A stretch of 64,000 nt of DNA, taken from a virus (taxonomy: Duplodnaviria; Caudoviricetes). Position numbers and translations under genes: made by a program. Location of the stretch: the IMG/VR virus record IMGVR_UViG_3300037067_009374, positions 1 to 64,000 of that record; one strand, given 5' to 3'. A model generated the notes under the pieces. That model saw only the letters and a program-made list of their open reading frames with translations. It searched no databases and was not told where the DNA came from. Position 1 is the stretch's first letter. Every line of letters starts with the position of its first letter. Shown piece by piece: positions 1-10,900 of the stretch.

Positions 1-17
1 AATCTTGTCCTAAAAAA

Positions 18-620
18 ATGAAGCTTATTATTAGTCCACATAATGAACAATATCGTGGTGCGTTTTTCCCAAAATATAATGATTTGAATTATATTCAGGC
101 ATTGTCTATGGCTAGGGGAAAATATGTCGTACATTTCGACGGGGATATGGCTATTTTTGGAAGGGATCCTAATAGGATCATTTCTGATTGGTTGTATTTG
201 CTTGACAGTGATAGGTATCATTATATTAGCTATCCTTCTTATTGGAGTCCTTCTCCCGATGAAGATACTAAATGGGATTATAGATGGGCTAGTACTCGCT
301 TCTTTGTGTGCAAGCAAGAAAAACTCGATTTCCCAGAAATAATTAAGTGCTTAATAAGTGATGAATATCTTTATGGGAAATACGGAGATAAATATAGAAG
401 GTGTCCGTGGTTTGAGCATATAATTGGAATAATAGCAGGAGATGATAAAGTTTATTACCCTCCAATGCAATATAAAAATTATATGGTTTTTAGTTGGGAA
501 ACATACCAGTCTGGAATTTTTTCAAAGTTGAATCAATTACCATATGATGATGTTTTTGCATATGTCAGACAGTGTGGGGGAATCAGTTATCCTTGTGATG
601 TTCGAGGGGTAAAGGTGTAA
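18..620 (+). CDS. Glycosyltransferase-like protein (GT-A fold; may begin upstream of the window)
   Basis: ARGKYVVHFDGD resembles the GT2-type a.g.y...lDxD motif; neighbours are sugar-modifying genes. Confidence 0.5.
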   Translation: MKLIISPHNEQYRGAFFPKYNDLNYIQALSMARGKYVVHFDGDMAIFGRDPNRIISDWLYLLDSDRYHYISYPSYWSPSPDEDTKWDYRWASTRFFVCKQEKLDFPEIIKCLISDEYLYGKYGDKYRRCPWFEHIIGIIAGDDKVYYPPMQYKNYMVFSWETYQSGIFSKLNQLPYDDVFAYVRQCGGISYPCDVRGVKV

Positions 621-622
621 TT

Positions 623-1018
623 ATGGTTATTCATAAAATATGGGGATGCGAAGATATTTTGGTGAATGAGCAAGAATACTGTTTTAAAAAATTGTATATA
701 CAACAACAATACAGATGTAGCATTCATCACCATGAAGTAAAGAAAGAAACATTTATTTTAGATAGTGGAATGGTTTTGTTAGAACTAGGAAATAAAGGAG
801 TTGCTTCTTTCCCATATGAATTGGTTGTTTTATCTAAACCAGGAGATCAAGTAACTATATTACGTGGTATTGATCACAGATTTACTGGAATAGTTGACTC
901 TGTTATTTTAGAGATTTCTACTCATGATTTTCAGGAAGATTCAATAAGATCGTCTAGTAGTAGTAAAATCACCATAGAAGAATTTGATGTATTGGTGAAA
1001 TCTTTTCTAAAGGATTAA
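623..1018 (+). CDS. Cupin-domain protein (sugar isomerase-like)
   Basis: KIWGCE...CSIHHHEVKKETF...G...HRF...EIST cupin metal motifs. Confidence 0.75.
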   Translation: MVIHKIWGCEDILVNEQEYCFKKLYIQQQYRCSIHHHEVKKETFILDSGMVLLELGNKGVASFPYELVVLSKPGDQVTILRGIDHRFTGIVDSVILEISTHDFQEDSIRSSSSSKITIEEFDVLVKSFLKD

Positions 1019-1020
1019 TT

Positions 1021-2112
1021 ATGAAGATTGCAATGACTGGAAATGTTTATCCAATGGGTCGCCATGTAGCATACAGTGGCGAAAGGATGATTTTTTACCT
1101 TATTGAATCACTTGTAAAACTTGGACATGAAGTGTATGTGTTTGCAAGAGAAGGTTCAGATTTTACTGGAATAGATATAAAAGATTATATTCCAACTTCT
1201 GCACTTGAAAATAAACGGGATGTTCATTATGAAGCAGTGAAAGATTATCTTTCAAAACACCCTGAATTAAATTTTGACTTATATTTTTGTGGATATTTTG
1301 GTGAGGGGTGGGATTCTGATTGTCAGTTTGCATTTCCTGGATATGTTGAGTTTCCTTGGTGTAAATGGTGTCACGGAACTTTTCAAAATACAAATCCTTC
1401 TTTCAATATTGTATCTTGTTCAAAAGTTTTGCAAAATGACTTCATGTTACATGGAATACATTCTACTGTAATACATTATGGAATTCCTGAAGATTTGCAT
1501 AAGTTTTCTTCTGAGCATGATGGATATGCTGTTTGGTTAGGTAAAATAGAAGGGGGCAAAGCCCCAGGTCTTGCAATCAAACTTGCTCTTGCTTCTAACA
1601 TGAAAATTGTAATTATGGGACCTCCTTATAATACAGGTTCTTTTTGGAAAGAAGTTGGTCCATATCTTGATAATCCAAATGTGTTTTGGGTTCGTGGTGT
1701 AAACGATGAACAAAAATATAAGATTATGTCCAGAGCAAAAGTATTTATCTCTTCAAATGATAATACCTGGAAAGAGCACTTCGGGATAACAAATATTGAA
1801 GCATTATCAATGGGAACTCCCATTATTGGATTCAATCGTATTAACCAAGATTGTGCTATCAAACTTGATCGTATTATTGAGGATGGAACGCATGGTTTCC
1901 TTTTAAATTATTATGATTCTAATAATGTAGAGGAAATACTTGAAAAGGGTGTTCCTTTGATTCAAAAGATAGATCAGATCAATAGAAAAGATTGTAGAAA
2001 TCAGTTTATGCAAAAGTTCACTGCAAAGTTGATGGCAGAACGATATGATTGGTTCTTTGATAAGATAGTAAATGAAGGCAAAAGATTTGGTTCAGTGGAA
2101 ATTCCTTTTTAA
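1021..2112 (+). CDS. Glycosyltransferase family 4 (GT-B)
   Basis: MKIAM...YSGER...LVKLGHEVYVF N-terminus and EHFGITNIEALSMGTPII (E-x7-E) motif. Confidence 0.9.
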   Translation: MKIAMTGNVYPMGRHVAYSGERMIFYLIESLVKLGHEVYVFAREGSDFTGIDIKDYIPTSALENKRDVHYEAVKDYLSKHPELNFDLYFCGYFGEGWDSDCQFAFPGYVEFPWCKWCHGTFQNTNPSFNIVSCSKVLQNDFMLHGIHSTVIHYGIPEDLHKFSSEHDGYAVWLGKIEGGKAPGLAIKLALASNMKIVIMGPPYNTGSFWKEVGPYLDNPNVFWVRGVNDEQKYKIMSRAKVFISSNDNTWKEHFGITNIEALSMGTPIIGFNRINQDCAIKLDRIIEDGTHGFLLNYYDSNNVEEILEKGVPLIQKIDQINRKDCRNQFMQKFTAKLMAERYDWFFDKIVNEGKRFGSVEIPF

Positions 2113-2128
2113 GAAAGGTGTAAATGAA

Positions 2129-2878
2129 ATGATTTATGATTTTCGAAATCGTTTTAATCAAAAAGCGAAGGTTTTAGAACATTTGGCAGAAGCTAAATAT
2201 CCAAGAGTTCTTGATGTTGGTGGGATACTTCATCCATGGGCAAGAAAATATGTAACTCATTACGTTGATCTTCTTGAAAAGGATTATGTAGCTATAAATG
2301 ATCCACATACATATGATGATGATTTTAAAAGAGCAGATTATTTTCAAGCTGATATTGGGAACCCTTTTACTTGGGATGCTGTAAAAGATGATGTATTAAA
2401 GAATGGTAGATTTGATTTTGCTATTTGTTGCCATGTTCTTGAACATGTACCTGAACCAAGTTTTGGTATATCATTTTTAACATCAATTGCTAAACAAGGA
2501 TTTGTAAGTGTTCCAAGCAAATACATAGAACTTGAACGTGGAAGTCAGTTTAGTGAAGAAGGTTTAGAACGATGTGGAGTTACTGGATTTTGGCGTGGGA
2601 CACATTGCCATAAATGGATATTAAGTTTAAGAAATGATTTTGCTGAACCTACTTTGATGTTTTGGCCCAAATATGGGTTTCTTGAATATTTGAAAGGAAT
2701 TGATGATTGGGTGCTTCCGATGTTAGCATTAACTGGGGAAGAAAGACCTGGTGATCTTAGTTTTTGGTATAAAGGTAGTATTTCACATCAAATAATTACA
2801 GATGATTTTTTGATGGATGATGTTAATCCTCAAAATGCTTGTGATCTTTATAGAGAGGAGTTGAAAAAGGGACTATGA
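2129..2878 (+). CDS. SAM-dependent methyltransferase-like protein
   Basis: RVLDVGG and FDFAICCHVLEHVPEP class I MTase motifs; start moved to the ATG after the GAAAGG RBS. Confidence 0.75.
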   Translation: MIYDFRNRFNQKAKVLEHLAEAKYPRVLDVGGILHPWARKYVTHYVDLLEKDYVAINDPHTYDDDFKRADYFQADIGNPFTWDAVKDDVLKNGRFDFAICCHVLEHVPEPSFGISFLTSIAKQGFVSVPSKYIELERGSQFSEEGLERCGVTGFWRGTHCHKWILSLRNDFAEPTLMFWPKYGFLEYLKGIDDWVLPMLALTGEERPGDLSFWYKGSISHQIITDDFLMDDVNPQNACDLYREELKKGL

Positions 2879-4092
2879 AAGATATAACTTTGATATTTCC
2901 TCCAAGTGAATTTTTGTTGAATCAAGCAGTATTCCCCCCTTTAGGAATACTTTATTTATCAGCATATCTCAGGAAATTTGATTTAACTTCTGAATGTATT
3001 GATGTTGGACTTCAGGGTTTTAATCCTGATTCAATAAAGTCAAAGTATGTAGGTATTTCTATTACTACCCCGCAAAGATTTGAAGCATACAAGATTGCTA
3101 AAGAACTTAAAAATCGAGGACATTTACTTGTAGCAGGTGGTCCTCATGCTACTCATATGCCACAAGAATGCAAAGAAGCAGGGTTTGATTATGTAGTTAA
3201 AGGAGAAGGGGAATTAGGATTAACTAAGCTTTTAAAGAACAAAACAAATGGTGATTGGTTGATTAAAGAAGATCAACTATTAGATGTAAATTTTGAAATA
3301 CCTGTTCCAGATAGGTCTGCTATCCCAATAAAAGATTATAAATATCTTATAGATAATGAACCCGCAACTGTTCTAATGTCTTCACGGGGATGTCCGTGGG
3401 GTTGCTCCTTCTGTGCTAAAGTAACAAAAAAATGCAGGATCCAAAGTTCTTTTAGGACAGTTCGTGAAATACTACATGTTAAAGAAGTATTTGGGTTTAA
3501 AGCTTTCATGTTTTTTGATGATGTGTTCACGACAGATAAAGATCGACTTGAACAAATGGTAACTCTTCTAAAAAATGAGGATTTTAAATTCAGATGTTTT
3601 TCAAGAACTCATTTGCTTGATAAAGAAACTTGTGCTTTGTTGAAAGCAATGGGGGTAGTTGAAGTAGGATTGGGAGTTGAGAGTGGATCGAATATTGTAC
3701 TAAAGCAAAATTTGAAAGGAACTACAAGAGAACAAAATACAAAAGCAGTGAAACTTTTGCATGATGCAGGAATAAGAGCAAAAGCATTTCTTATTGTTGG
3801 ATTACCTGGAGAAACAAAAGATACGATAGCAGATACATGTAGTTGGATAGAAGAAGCAAAACCAGATGATATTGATACTTCTATTCTACAACCATATCCA
3901 GGAGCACCAATTTTTAATGATCCAGAAAAATTTGGTCTTGAATTTGAATACAATGATAATGTGACTTGGTTTAAAGGAACTCCAGGTCAATATAAATGTG
4001 CTGTCAGAACCAAAGAACTTTCTTCTCAACAACTTATTAAATACAGGGACATGATTGAAGACTTGTACAAAGATAAGGAGAGATTGAAATGA
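2875..4092 (+). CDS. Cobalamin-binding radical SAM protein
   Basis: PPLGILYLSAYL and VAGGPHAT B12-binding domain; SRGCPWGCSFC (CxxxCxxC); GVESGS; IVGLPGET. Confidence 0.92.
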   Translation: MKDITLIFPPSEFLLNQAVFPPLGILYLSAYLRKFDLTSECIDVGLQGFNPDSIKSKYVGISITTPQRFEAYKIAKELKNRGHLLVAGGPHATHMPQECKEAGFDYVVKGEGELGLTKLLKNKTNGDWLIKEDQLLDVNFEIPVPDRSAIPIKDYKYLIDNEPATVLMSSRGCPWGCSFCAKVTKKCRIQSSFRTVREILHVKEVFGFKAFMFFDDVFTTDKDRLEQMVTLLKNEDFKFRCFSRTHLLDKETCALLKAMGVVEVGLGVESGSNIVLKQNLKGTTREQNTKAVKLLHDAGIRAKAFLIVGLPGETKDTIADTCSWIEEAKPDDIDTSILQPYPGAPIFNDPEKFGLEFEYNDNVTWFKGTPGQYKCAVRTKELSSQQLIKYRDMIEDLYKDKERLK

Positions 4093-4565
4093 AGGGAATA
4101 AGTAACAATGGAGTTGATTTTTTAATCAATGTTGAAGGCACAAAACTCCACGTTTATTTAGACTCTGTTGGTTTCCCTACTATAGGTACAGGACATTTGT
4201 TAACAAAAAGTGAACTATCATCTGGGAAAATTAAAATAAATGGCATATTTGTCAGGTATAAAAATGGAATGACTTATGATCAAGCTGGAACTTTATTGCA
4301 ACAAGACCTTGAATCTGTTATAAATATAGTTAATCATTTGGTTAAGGTAGAACTTACCCAAAATCAGTTTGATGCTTTAGTTTCATTTACATATAATGTT
4401 GGTAAAAATGCATTTGAAAATTCTACTCTTCTTAAACTTTTGAACCAAGGTTTTTATGATGAAGTTCCAATTCAAATGTTGAGATGGAATAAGGCTGGTG
4501 GGAGAATTGTAAAAGGTTTAACAAATCGAAGAAATGCAGAGATTGAATTATGGAACAAAAAATAG
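4089..4565 (+). CDS. Endolysin, GH24 phage lysozyme
   Basis: EG...YLDSVGFPTIGTGH catalytic E-D-T; LTQNQFDALVSFTYNVG; GLTNRRNAE. Confidence 0.95.
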   Translation: MKGISNNGVDFLINVEGTKLHVYLDSVGFPTIGTGHLLTKSELSSGKIKINGIFVRYKNGMTYDQAGTLLQQDLESVINIVNHLVKVELTQNQFDALVSFTYNVGKNAFENSTLLKLLNQGFYDEVPIQMLRWNKAGGRIVKGLTNRRNAEIELWNKK

Positions 4566-4978
4566 ATTTGTTAACTCTTTTTGTCTTTCCGGGAGACAAT
4601 TCATTGTTTGACGACAAGCAACGGATTATAGATTCCTGCAAAGATATTAATTGTCACGTAGTTTTTCTTAGCTTCAGAGAAGAACTAGAAATCCAGCAAG
4701 TTCCTGATACAAAATGGTGGGGATATTTATTTGGTAATGAATGGTTTGGGAAAGACATAACAGAGTTTCTTAATGTTTATCTGGAAAGAGCTAATTGTGA
4801 TGTACTCACATTTTTTAAGGATGTTGTAAAAGTAGATGGAACTAAAGCAGTATTTCTAGCATCGAGGATATTTCGATCATGGATTGTTCCTTTAGGAATT
4901 GAAACATATAAAGATGTTCCAAATTTATCTTTTATTAAGGTGTTGGATGGGTGGATCAAAGAAAGTAGTAAAATATGA
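4550..4978 (+). CDS. Hypothetical protein
   Basis: ORF overlapping its neighbours in operon fashion. Confidence 0.55.
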   Translation: MEQKIDLLTLFVFPGDNSLFDDKQRIIDSCKDINCHVVFLSFREELEIQQVPDTKWWGYLFGNEWFGKDITEFLNVYLERANCDVLTFFKDVVKVDGTKAVFLASRIFRSWIVPLGIETYKDVPNLSFIKVLDGWIKESSKI

Positions 4979-5538
4979 TAGGAATAGGTGTAAAACTAAA
5001 TCCACAAGATGTAAGAAAATGGCTCAAAGCTTTGAATAGTGTTGAGTATAGAGCTAGATGGTGGTTAAAGGCAGGTGGGGGGGAACTTAACAGGAGATTG
5101 TCTGTTGCTTATTCAAATAAAGTAGTAGCAAATATCCTTTCAAATAAATGGTCTTTTGTGCCTTATAAAGAACGATATGCAAAATGGAAAAAAGATGCCG
5201 GTTTAGGCTCTGAACCTTTTTGGAAGTTAAAAGGTGATTTAGTTCAGAGTATTACGAACTTCAGAGAAAGTAAAGGATGGACTGGGGGCATTCCTGCAAA
5301 TGTAGTAGATTCAGGAGGAAAGTCTTGGTTTCATAAATTGAATGAAGGAAAGATAAAAAGAAAACGAATTGCAATGATAGGCACAGTACTTGAATTTGGT
5401 GGTGATTATACTTCAAGTGGTGGGGGATTTCATCATAAAAGACCAGTTCTTGCTAATACACTAGATGAATTTGAATTGCAGAATTACAGTGGAATTCCTG
5501 GTCTTATGATGAATGATATAGAAAGGGCTTGGTCATGA
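4975..5538 (+). CDS. Putative tail completion/neck protein (HK97 gp10-like)
   Basis: GDLVQSI, VLEFG and KRPVL motifs; position before the terminator and tube genes. Confidence 0.6.
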   Translation: MIGIGVKLNPQDVRKWLKALNSVEYRARWWLKAGGGELNRRLSVAYSNKVVANILSNKWSFVPYKERYAKWKKDAGLGSEPFWKLKGDLVQSITNFRESKGWTGGIPANVVDSGGKSWFHKLNEGKIKRKRIAMIGTVLEFGGDYTSSGGGFHHKRPVLANTLDEFELQNYSGIPGLMMNDIERAWS

Positions 5539-5768
5539 GTCAGTCTTTTAAAATATTGGATGTTAAACCTGCAGGTTTTAGAGTATTTATAGAACATGAT
5601 CTTGAGGATCTAAAGAAACTCGCATTAGCCATAAATTGTGCTGAATTTGATATCACAAAAGTTGATGTAGCAGAAAGAAACGATGTAAAAGAATCAGTAA
5701 ATTGGGTGATAAACAATTTCTTTCCTGATCTCAAAAGGTTTCTTAAGGAAATAGATGATGGCTCTTGA
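5529..5768 (+). CDS. Hypothetical protein
   Basis: Short ORF overlapping both neighbours. Confidence 0.5.
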   Translation: MVMSQSFKILDVKPAGFRVFIEHDLEDLKKLALAINCAEFDITKVDVAERNDVKESVNWVINNFFPDLKRFLKEIDDGS

Positions 5769-6228
5769 TCCTACTGCCAGAAAAGCTAATGTGAAAGATT
5801 CCATAAAGAAGTTTTTTGTGGATTCTTTTAAAAGGAATGAGGGTATTTCTGTAACCTTTGATAAATCTTTAGTATCACCAAAAATTCAAGGAAGAGATGT
5901 AGATCGTTGGATATCTGTAGTACTTGGAAATATAGATATAGAATATATGTCTGGAATTGATTTGAAGGTTTTTTGCTGTACCAAAATGGATAATGAAGGT
6001 TTTCGACTTGCACAGCTAAGAGACACTGTGCTAGGATGCCTATCGGATACATCCATGTCGGATGGAATGAAGAGAATCACTTTTTATAAGAGTCACCCGA
6101 GCGAAGCGTGGACAGTTTTAGGAGCTTTTTTAGTACAGGAAATACGAGAAGACGCCGAAGATACTACAGACGATGAAACGAAGTTTTGCCTTTTAAATGT
6201 TCGTTTGAGATGGGAGAGTAAAGTGTGA
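5755..6228 (+). CDS. Putative tail terminator protein
   Basis: About 155 aa with a beta-rich C-terminus, just upstream of the tube gene. Confidence 0.5.
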   Translation: MMALDPTARKANVKDSIKKFFVDSFKRNEGISVTFDKSLVSPKIQGRDVDRWISVVLGNIDIEYMSGIDLKVFCCTKMDNEGFRLAQLRDTVLGCLSDTSMSDGMKRITFYKSHPSEAWTVLGAFLVQEIREDAEDTTDDETKFCLLNVRLRWESKV

Positions 6229-6476
6229 TGGGAAAACTTTGCTCTTGTACAAAATGTGGAAAACCACTCATCGAACGATTAAAGAATGGTACTTGGAAAT
6301 TTTTGTTTGGTGATAAGATTAGTTCAGAAATTGGCCTTGTAGTTAACATGGAGATTCTTGGTCTTATAAGAATGAAGTGTATAAGGAGGACTTGTAGAAG
6401 AAAAAACCCAGATCATTGGAACGAATTTAATGTCTTCGAAATAAATCAGTCTTCTCCCACACCAAAGAACGACTGA
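6225..6476 (+). CDS. Small zinc-ribbon protein (Com-like)
   Basis: CTKCGKPL...MKCIRRTC...HWN Cys pattern. Confidence 0.55.
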   Translation: MMGKLCSCTKCGKPLIERLKNGTWKFLFGDKISSEIGLVVNMEILGLIRMKCIRRTCRRKNPDHWNEFNVFEINQSSPTPKND

Positions 6477-6533
6477 AACTCCGGCAACACGGTGCGGTAT
6501 TAACTTTTTAATGTTGTTTTGAAAGGAGTTTCT

Positions 6534-7112
6534 ATGTCGGGACCTACCATTAAAGATTCTGGCACACTTGCTCTTGGACTTGCTCAGGTTCGTGTTATTG
6601 CTTCAGCAGCAAATATTGCAAAGCCTGGAGTAGCATCGACAGCATCAGATAGTATCGGGGCACTGGCAAGTACCAAGTTCACAGCAGAGGTTGAGTTCTG
6701 GCGTCATGAGTCAGGTTTCCCCCTCAAAGAGGATTCAATTATTCCTCTTCGTGAAAAAGCTCATCTTGAATGTCAGTATGAAGAAATTAAACCTTATACC
6801 CTCGCGCTTGCACGAGGTTTTGATCCAACTACGGAAAGTTATACTGCCAGTAGCGGCGAAGTAACACTTGGTAACATGGCTGCTCCTGAATATGTTCGTA
6901 TGGAAGCTCAGTATACTTTTCCCAGTGGTTCTAATTACATGTACATAATTTTCCCTCGTGCTCAGGTTAGTGCATCTACTGAACTTGACCTAGCGAAGGA
7001 AGACAATGCGAAACCTACTCTTACCTTCGAATCTAAACTTTCGGATTCGGGTGTTACGGGTGGTAATGCAATTTGGGATGATAAACCCCTCGGTCATATC
7101 ATCTTTACCTAA
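6534..7112 (+). CDS. Major tail tube protein
   Basis: Strong GAAAGGAG RBS; position before chaperones and tape measure; IIFPRAQVSASTELDL-type C-terminal strands. Confidence 0.75.
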   Translation: MSGPTIKDSGTLALGLAQVRVIASAANIAKPGVASTASDSIGALASTKFTAEVEFWRHESGFPLKEDSIIPLREKAHLECQYEEIKPYTLALARGFDPTTESYTASSGEVTLGNMAAPEYVRMEAQYTFPSGSNYMYIIFPRAQVSASTELDLAKEDNAKPTLTFESKLSDSGVTGGNAIWDDKPLGHIIFT

Positions 7113-7142
7113 AATCTCTTTTTAAATTAAAGGAGAAAGGCT

Positions 7143-7664
7143 ATGCCGGAGAATAATTCTGTAATGAATCCTAGGATACGAAGTGTGGAAGTTGGCATTC
7201 GTGATCTTAGGAAAATTTCTATTTACCCTCTCAGTGTTCGTGATCAATTGAAAACTAAAGCATTGATCAAAGACTCACTGGAAACTTTGCTTAAAGCAGA
7301 TACAGAATCACTAACAGAACTTTCTTTTGTGTCTCATTTTGTGAATACCATTACAGAACATATTGATACCATCTTTACATTCATCACTGATAAGGTAGTA
7401 GATAAAGATGGGAATTCCATTGATCTACTTCAAGATATGGACAATACTCAATTTGCTGAAATAGCACAAATAGTTTACGAGGTGAATTACAGTTTTTTGG
7501 CAAAAACGGTAATGAGCTTCCTGGAGAAAGCAAAAGCAAAGATGGAAGAGTTTCAGCCGATCTCGAACCCGTCTCATTTGATGAAGCCATTGCCGAATGT
7601 TGTATCCAATATGGATATCGACCCTACGATTTCTTTGGAAAAGGATTTAGAGAAGGCGGAATAA
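7143..7664 (+). CDS. Tail assembly chaperone (gpG-like)
   Basis: Lies between the tube and tape measure genes; contains slippery T TTT TTG. Confidence 0.75.
   Translation: MPENNSVMNPRIRSVEVGIRDLRKISIYPLSVRDQLKTKALIKDSLETLLKADTESLTELSFVSHFVNTITEHIDTIFTFITDKVVDKDGNSIDLLQDMDNTQFAEIAQIVYEVNYSFLAKTVMSFLEKAKAKMEEFQPISNPSHLMKPLPNVVSNMDIDPTISLEKDLEKAE
7493..7499 (+). other. Programmed -1 ribosomal frameshift site (T TTT TTG)
   Basis: X XXY YYZ heptamer in the correct phase; the -1 frame is open from about 7460 to 7933. Confidence 0.7.
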
Positions 7665-7933
7665 CCATGAATCAATTATTCTTCTTGTTTGAGTATTCCC
7701 AAGATAAGGAGAATAAAATGTTGAAAGCTTCAGCATCAATGCATGGAATACAAGTAGATGATTCGGATGGTAAAGTGAAAACAAAACAAAAGAAAAATGA
7801 TTTTTTGTTTCAAGATCCAAAAGAATACGAAAATCTCTCCCAAGAAGAGAAAGAAAGAAAGACAAAAGAAATGATGGGACATTTCTCTAAGTTTGCTTCC
7901 GATCCTATACGATATACTAGGAAAAAGGGTTAA
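7499..7933 (+). CDS. Tail assembly chaperone gpGT C-terminal part (-1 frame; includes track ORF 7667..7933)
   Basis: -1 frame reads GKNGNELPGESKSKDG...FDEAIAECCIQYGYRPYDFFGKGFREGGITMNQLFFLFEY. Confidence 0.7.
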   Translation, partial: GKNGNELPGESKSKDGRVSADLEPVSFDEAIAECCIQYGYRPYDFFGKGFREGGITMNQLFFLFEYSQDKENKMLKASASMHGIQVDDSDGKVKTKQKKNDFLFQDPKEYENLSQEEKERKTKEMMGHFSKFASDPIRYTRKKG

Positions 7934-7937
7934 TTGA

Positions 7938-10900
7938 ATGGCTAAAACTCTCAGTCTCGGTACATTATTTATAGGTGAGATTGATGCAACCTTCACAAGT
8001 GCTGTATCTGAATTAAAGAAGATGCTTGGTACTTTGAATGGAGCTTTGGGAGGTATTGGTTCTGCTGCTGAAAAGCAAAGATCAGCATTAACTTCTCTTG
8101 GAAGTGATATGACTGAATTTCAACTTGCTATGGGCAGAGCTACTAATCAATCTAAAGCATTTCAAAAAGCACTGTCTGATGGTGCTGATAAATTTCAAGC
8201 ATATTCTGGTACAGCATTAAAAGATTTAGAATCAGGATTGTATCGGACTGAGAGAGCTATTCAAGCCCATGCAAAATCTATGTCTACCATGAATCAAGAT
8301 GGTAAGACTTGGGCTGAAAACGCTGATAGATTAAACATGATGCTTCAAGAAAGGGAAGGAATACTAAGATACAACAAGAAAGGAATTGAACAAGTAGCAC
8401 AAACTCAAAAAGTTTTGGGAGATAGTACAAAATCTCTTGGAAGTGATTTAACTGAATATCAGATGGCAATGGGTAGAGCATCAAATCAATCTTCTAAATT
8501 TAGGGAAGGATTAGCAAAATTAACAGAAGTGTTTGGTAAGCAAGGAGCGGGGTTAAAATTTGCAGAGGCAATGTCATATCGGACTGAGAAAGCAATCATA
8601 GCTCATGGTAGGGCTATGAATGAAAATAAACAAGATGGAGATGCTTGGGTAAAGCATGTAGATCGTGCAAATTTAGCTTTGGATGAATATAGAGGAAATT
8701 TAAATTATACAAAGAAAGGACTAGCTGATCTTACTGAGGCCCAACAAAAAGCTTTAGATATGGGAGGTAGAGCACAAGGGGTTTTTTCAAAGCTTGGTGA
8801 TACTATTAAGTCTATGGCTTACTGGGGTATCGCAGCTTCAGCGATCTATGGGACTATTAGAGCACTAAAAGAAGGTGTTCAAAATGTAATGGAGTTTGAT
8901 CAATCTTTGAAAAATCTCCAAGCTATTTCTTCTGCTTCGGATGCAGAAATAATGGTTATGGAAAAAACAATAAAAAGACTTGCAGCTACAACAAAATATT
9001 CTGGACAAGAGATAGCAAATGGTATGACTATTGTAGCACAAGCAGGCTTCTCTGCTTCTGAATCAATAGATACGATGAAATCTATTGTGTTACTTGCTAC
9101 AGGTACATTGTCAGGAATGTCAGAGACCACTGACCTTTTAACTACTGTCATAAGAGCTTTTGAATTGAAAGCTAGTGACTCCAGTAGAGTTGCAGATGTT
9201 ATGGCAGCAGCGGTAAATAAATCGAAACTTGATGTTGATAAATTAAGGATTGCATTTGGTTATTTAGCCCCCATAGCTTCCGAAGCTGGAATTTCACTTG
9301 AAGAATCAGCAGTAGCAACAATGTTACTTGCAGATAATGGTTTGAAAGCTTCCACAATAGGTACTGCTTTTAGACAAGTTCTTGCCAGACTCATATCTCC
9401 AACTGATGCTCTATCTGCAAAGTTTCAATCTATGGGTGCAGATATGACAAGACTTGATCCTTCAACAAATACTTTGAAAACTGTTCTTACTGAACTTGCT
9501 AGAGTTGCACCAGATGCTTCAGCAGCATTTGAATTGTTTGGACTTCGTGGTGCTCCTGCTGTTGTAGTTCTCACTAGAGCAATGCAAGAAGGCGGAAAAG
9601 TATTTGATGAATACATGAATAAGGTTTACGAAGTAGGTCAAGCGCAAGAAATGTCTGATAAACAAATGCAAGGTTTAGCAAATAGATTCAAAAATTTGAT
9701 AAATGTGATTGGATTGCTTACCATATCATTAGGGGAAGGGGGATTAGGATCTTCGTTTGGATTAATTATTGATCTTCTTACTTCTTTTGTAAAACTCCTT
9801 ACCACAGTAAGTTCAAGTCTTGCTGGTTCTTTTTTTATAGCCATGTCCTCTGCTGCTGCTGTTACTTGGTTATTTGGTAAAGCACTTACTGGGGTGGGTC
9901 TTGCTGTTTGGATAGATAATCTCGTTACAACATGGACAGTTCAAAGAACTCTATTTGGTACAATGGGTGCTTTGATAGGTATCACTAAAAGGTGGACAGA
10001 AACAATTGTATCTTTTATTGCTGCAAATTGGGTAATAGCTTTAGGTGCTCTTGTTGGTGGCATATTCATGCTTATCAAAGCTGAAAGAGAACTTGCAGAT
10101 ACAGCTTCAGCAGCAGCAATAGAAACAACAAAGCACAAGGATAAACTAGAAGATTATCGAGCTTCATTGAATAAATTGAATCCAGAGTCCAAAGAATATC
10201 AAGCTACTCTTAAAAGACTTGCTACGGAATATCCAAAACTTAGAGATGAAATTGATTTAGTAACAGGCAGATTTTATGATCAAAAATCAGGGTTGCAAGC
10301 TTTAGATACTCAGATAGAGAGTTACCATATTAAAGCTATCGAACAAGAAATTGTAGCTTTAGGTGCTCTTGCAAAAGCTTACCTCCAAAGTGAGAGTGCT
10401 TTAGGCCAATGGATATTCAGTAGAAAGTCTCCTCAAGAACAACTTGAGATGTTGAAGAAAAAGATTGGGACACTCTTACCAGAACTTAAAAATCTTGGAA
10501 TAACGAATGAATCCACAGCGGAACAAATTGAATCTGCTTGGGAGAAGTTTAAACCTGGTATTTTTGATGCTTTTAATGCCAGACAAGTTGAAGCTATTAT
10601 TGATGCAACAATGGCGAAGCTTCAAGACCAAGCTGATGCAGCAATAGCAGCAGAGAAACAAATAGCAGAAGAAAGAAGAAAGTTATCAATTGGTGAAAGA
10701 CAAACAGAAGTAGCTGTTTATTCTGACATTGTAAATCAGGTTGGTGGTGAAAGAAGAAGGCAGACAGAAGAATATGCAGCAGAATTACAAAAACAAATAA
10801 ACGCTCTGGAAAATAAATCAGAACAAGAAGAACAGTCTGAAAGGGGTACTGCTTTAAAGGTATTAAAGATTTGGACAGATAATCTTAAAAAGATAGCGGA

